Shown: positions 60,774 to 64,000 of the stretch, piece by piece
How the letters are laid out: every line of letters starts with the position of its first letter
Numbering within the stretch: the stretch's first letter is position 1
DNA from: an uncultured Alistipes sp.
GTDB lineage: Bacteria > Bacteroidota > Bacteroidia > Bacteroidales > Rikenellaceae
Assembly: GCA_964427035.1 (NCBI GenBank)
Contig: CAYRSF010000040.1
Coordinates: 2,493-66,492, forward strand
Reading direction: 5' to 3'
DNA: 64,000 nucleotides
Position numbers and translations under genes: made by a program
Notes under the pieces: model-generated
What the model saw: the letters and a program-made list of their open reading frames with translations, nothing else
What the model was told of the DNA's origin: nothing
Database searches by the model: none

Positions 60774-62474
60774 TTACCTGTTGCGACGCCTGTATTCGCG
60801 ATAGTAATCGATTTTGAATGCATCCTTCTGCTGACGGTACTTTTCGATATTCGACGACGACAGCCACGTCGTATAGCCGCCGGTCAGTCCGGCGTCGAAC
60901 AGACCGCGAATCTCCTTCTCGACATTCTCGGCATCGTATGCGATACCGTTGCGATCGACATGGCGCATTACGTTATATGCCTGAACCCACGTGCGCACTT
61001 TCGCCGGAGTAGGCGTTGCAGCCTGACGGTCGTTCACCCGCTGCCCCCATGCATACATGATTTCGTAAGGATGATTCCACGGCTTGTCGATACCGTAGTA
61101 GCCGTTGGAAAAGTGGTCGGGATAAGGCATTCCGCATATCACGTCGGCGACGTTCGACAACGCCGCCCAGTACTGACCGTAAGCGGTCGTGTAGCCCGGG
61201 TTCGCCGATTCGCCGAAAACGTCTATCGAAACGTATGCGCCCAAGGCGTGGATTTCGTCGCAGGCATACATCACGAAACGCTGAATGGCCTGCACTTTGG
61301 ATTCGTTGTAGCGGTTGTGATAGTCGATGATGTTTTCGACTTTGGTCATGCGGTCCGGGAAACGGACGTAATCGAAATTGATTTCGTTGAAACCGAACTT
61401 GCGCACGGCCTCTTTCGCCAACTCGACGTTGAACTGCCATACCCGGCGGTCGTACGCGCTGGGCCAGTAAGCCTTGTTGTGCTTGAACGGCTTTCCGTCA
61501 GCCTTCGCCGTTATCGCCGCATCGGGATGGTCCTTGACGAAATAGGAGTCCTTGAAGCAGGTGATTCGTCCGACGACGTAAAATCCCTCCTCGTGCAGAC
61601 GTTTCACGGCATTCATGTACATCTTCTCCTTGTTCGCTCCCGCATGCGCATAGTTGGTCGGCGAATAACGCTTCATCGCCTCAGCCTTGTACCCGGGGCA
61701 TTCGTTGTCCTTGATGTCGATGACGAACGTATTTATTTTCGTGCGTTCGGCAAGCGAGATATACGATTCGATGTCGGACAGCACGGCAGGCGAAATATTC
61801 AGATAGAGCGAATAGCACGATTCGGGCATCTTGTTGTCGGCGAACTCGACACGTTCGGTCGGATAGAAGTCGCAGCCTATCGCCTCGCCGCCGCCGAAGG
61901 GATTCTTCACCGCCGAATGAATCGGGTCGTACTTTTCTGCCATATAGTTGCGTTTCGCCTCGCCGCGGTCGAACACCGTATATTTGCCGTATACATAGCC
62001 CTCGACCTTGCCGAGCCGCACCTTGTAGGCATATACCGAACCGTCGCTGCGCAGCGAATCGTAATCCGTTACCGCAAGCGCAGCGCCTTTGCCTGCCAGC
62101 CCGACTATCTTCGACGTTTCGCGGTCGCCGATTATCGAAGCCGGCGTGCGGACGAAGATTTCACGCTCCATGACGACATCGCGGGCATTTTCGACCAGCG
62201 ACGACGATTCGACGTAAATCTGCCGCTTCTCGTCCGTCGCAATCGGGACATATTCGATTTTGTCAGCCGTTATCGTCCGGCTCATGTTCGCCCGCACCTC
62301 TCTGCCGCGGACAAGTTCACCTGCCGGAACAATCTCGTTCCGGTCGTTTGCGGCGTAAGTTCGCACGACATTCGTCGCCGAACCGAGATAGCGGATTTCG
62401 ATGCGGTCGTCGCTTTTGCAACCTGTCGCGAATAGCGTTGCGAGCGATAAAAACAGTAATGTTGCTTTCTTCAT
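60774..62474 (-). CDS. Lipoprotein with putative glycoside hydrolase domain (DUF4015-like)
   Basis: Lipobox ATGC; INTFVIDIKD, GRITCFKD, NEINFDYVRFP, MPYPDHF. Confidence 0.78.
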   Translation of the reverse strand: MKKATLLFLSLATLFATGCKSDDRIEIRYLGSATNVVRTYAANDRNEIVPAGELVRGREVRANMSRTITADKIEYVPIATDEKRQIYVESSSLVENARDVVMEREIFVRTPASIIGDRETSKIVGLAGKGAALAVTDYDSLRSDGSVYAYKVRLGKVEGYVYGKYTVFDRGEAKRNYMAEKYDPIHSAVKNPFGGGEAIGCDFYPTERVEFADNKMPESCYSLYLNISPAVLSDIESYISLAERTKINTFVIDIKDNECPGYKAEAMKRYSPTNYAHAGANKEKMYMNAVKRLHEEGFYVVGRITCFKDSYFVKDHPDAAITAKADGKPFKHNKAYWPSAYDRRVWQFNVELAKEAVRKFGFNEINFDYVRFPDRMTKVENIIDYHNRYNESKVQAIQRFVMYACDEIHALGAYVSIDVFGESANPGYTTAYGQYWAALSNVADVICGMPYPDHFSNGYYGIDKPWNHPYEIMYAWGQRVNDRQAATPTPAKVRTWVQAYNVMRHVDRNGIAYDAENVEKEIRGLFDAGLTGGYTTWLSSSNIEKYRQQKDAFKIDYYREYRRRNR

Positions 62475-62591
62475 ATTTATTAAATAAGGGTCGATAATAT
62501 AATCAACGGATTGCAAAGGTAGCGTTTTTCAGCAAATAAACGAGAGAATATTTCGTATCTTCGCACCATGTAACCAATATATTTTGACACG

Positions 62592-63197
62592 ATGAAGACA
62601 AATTGGAAACCGGGAACCATGATTTACCCCATCCCGGCAGTTCTGGTGAGTTGCGGCGCAACGCCCGACGAATACAACATAATGACGGCCGCATGGACGG
62701 GAACCGTTTGTTCCGAACCGCCGATGTGCTACGTGTCGATACGCCCCGAACGGCACTCCTACGGCATCATAAAGCGCACCGGCGAATTCGTCATCAATCT
62801 GACGACCGAATCGCTCGCCGAACCGACAGACTGGTGCGGCGTAAGGTCGGGGCGCGATTTCGACAAGTTCGCCCGCTGCGGACTGACCCCCGAGAAGTCG
62901 GCAGTCGTCGCCGCACCGGCGATTCTCGAAGCCCCGATATCGATAGAATGCCGCGTGAAGAACATCGTTCCGCTCGGTTCGCACGACATGTTCGTAGCCG
63001 AAGCGGTGAACGTTCTCGTGGACGAATCTCTTGTCGATGAACATACGGGCAAACTCGACATGCAAAAGGCGGGGCTGCTGTGCTACTCCCACGGAGAGTA
63101 TTTCAAGGTCGGCGAATACATCGGCAGTTTCGGGTGGTCGGTCAAAGGTTCGACCAAGCGCAGGGAAATCGCCGGCAGCAAAAAGCCTAAACGCTGA
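62592..63197 (+). CDS. Flavin reductase family protein
   Basis: YPIPAVLVSC, GEFVINL, CGVRSG, LGSHDMF. Confidence 0.92.
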   Translation: MKTNWKPGTMIYPIPAVLVSCGATPDEYNIMTAAWTGTVCSEPPMCYVSIRPERHSYGIIKRTGEFVINLTTESLAEPTDWCGVRSGRDFDKFARCGLTPEKSAVVAAPAILEAPISIECRVKNIVPLGSHDMFVAEAVNVLVDESLVDEHTGKLDMQKAGLLCYSHGEYFKVGEYIGSFGWSVKGSTKRREIAGSKKPKR

Positions 63198-63200
63198 TAT

Positions 63201-63605
63201 TCACGGTCGGGCAGCGGTAATCTCGATACTTGCGCCCGACCACTGATTGATCGGCCGTTTCTCGCGTAAAATCGCATTGCCGCCGTAAAAGACCTTTATC
63301 GACAAGTCGAACGGTTTGCAATCCGCTATTTTGACGGCTTTCGGCAGCGTGTGCGGAATCAGATAGACGTACATGCGAAGATGGTGGCAGCCGCCGGCTT
63401 CGAACGCTATCTTCCGATGCGGCGGCGTACCTTTCGGTGCGGATGCGAGGTCGCTGCCTATCGGGGCTACGGCGTCTTCCGCCGACACGAAACCGCACTG
63501 CACGTCGTCCGCGTCGAACATGCCGCAGGTTACGGCGACATTGTACCGCCAGAATTCGGCGAATCCGCTCTCGATTTCCACCCGATATGCAGTATCCTTA
63601 TCCAT
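63201..63605 (-). CDS. Hypothetical protein
   Basis: ORF fills the gap; start taken at MDKDTAY; no recognised motif. Confidence 0.6.
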   Translation of the reverse strand: MDKDTAYRVEIESGFAEFWRYNVAVTCGMFDADDVQCGFVSAEDAVAPIGSDLASAPKGTPPHRKIAFEAGGCHHLRMYVYLIPHTLPKAVKIADCKPFDLSIKVFYGGNAILREKRPINQWSGASIEITAARP

Positions 63606-63771
63606 CGTTCGCTGCTTTTGAATACAAATATACGAACAATTCTGCAAAATAACGGCCGTATTCGCCGGCGAACGGTGCGGAAAGCGAAAATCATACGCCC
63701 CGACCAACTTTCAACCGTTTTTTTTGCACAGTTTGCGAATTTATAGTACATTTGCAACCTAAATGCGCGAA

Positions 63772-64000
63772 ATGGACACTGCGGGCAAATACTCGATAGA
63801 TTATCGGTCGCTCGAAAACGGACGCCACACATTCGATTTCGAAGCGGACGGAGCATTGTTCGAGACCATGGAATCGAACGAAATCAAGGACGGACGGTGC
63901 GGGGTGCATGTCGTTCTCGACAAGTCGGATTCGATGCTCGTTTTGCAGACCGTCATTTCGGGCAGCGTAGTCGTGGAGTGCGATCGCTGTTTGGAGGATT
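63772..64000 (+). CDS. DUF177/YceD family protein (3' end beyond the window)
   Basis: Hand translation MDTAGKYSIDYRSLENGRHTFDF...VECDRCLED; promoter TTTG-20nt-TACATTTG at 63723-63754. Confidence 0.85.
   Translation, partial: MDTAGKYSIDYRSLENGRHTFDFEADGALFETMESNEIKDGRCGVHVVLDKSDSMLVLQTVISGSVVVECDRCLED

Overview
Chromosomal segment from a Bacteroidota bacterium, most likely Alistipes/Rikenellaceae-like (inferred from TAnnTTTG promoters, gldE and a Bacteroides-type B12 uptake locus). The first 3.45 kb is a type II-C cas9 on the minus strand. It runs off the window and is absent from the ORF track, and a divergent tracrRNA sits next to it. Then follow a beta-carbonic anhydrase, a Firmicutes-style pyrimidine operon (pyrC-carA-carB-pyrK-pyrD-pyrF-pyrE-pyrB, with PyrB fused to a PyrI zinc domain), purT, rhaBAD, doxX and murG-murC-ftsQ-ftsA-ftsZ-gldE-PPTase. 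A 77-bp tandem palindromic repeat supplies the promoter of a MATE pump. A Firmicutes-style purine operon (purE-K-L-C-F-M-H-D-folD-purB) is followed by a cobalamin-riboswitch btu locus, an FKBP, an AT-rich islet (XRE gene plus a ~200-nt rod-like RNA) beside tRNA-Thr(GGT), an ArnT/GT2/LAB_N cluster, a divergent AraC/XRE pair and several other genes. The best candidates for new biology are (1) parallel promoter / structured leader with uORF / intrinsic terminator attenuators in front of both apparently imported nucleotide operons, which match no riboswitch class I recognise, and (2) the XRE-linked long hairpin RNA. All calls come from reading motifs by eye; no searches were run.
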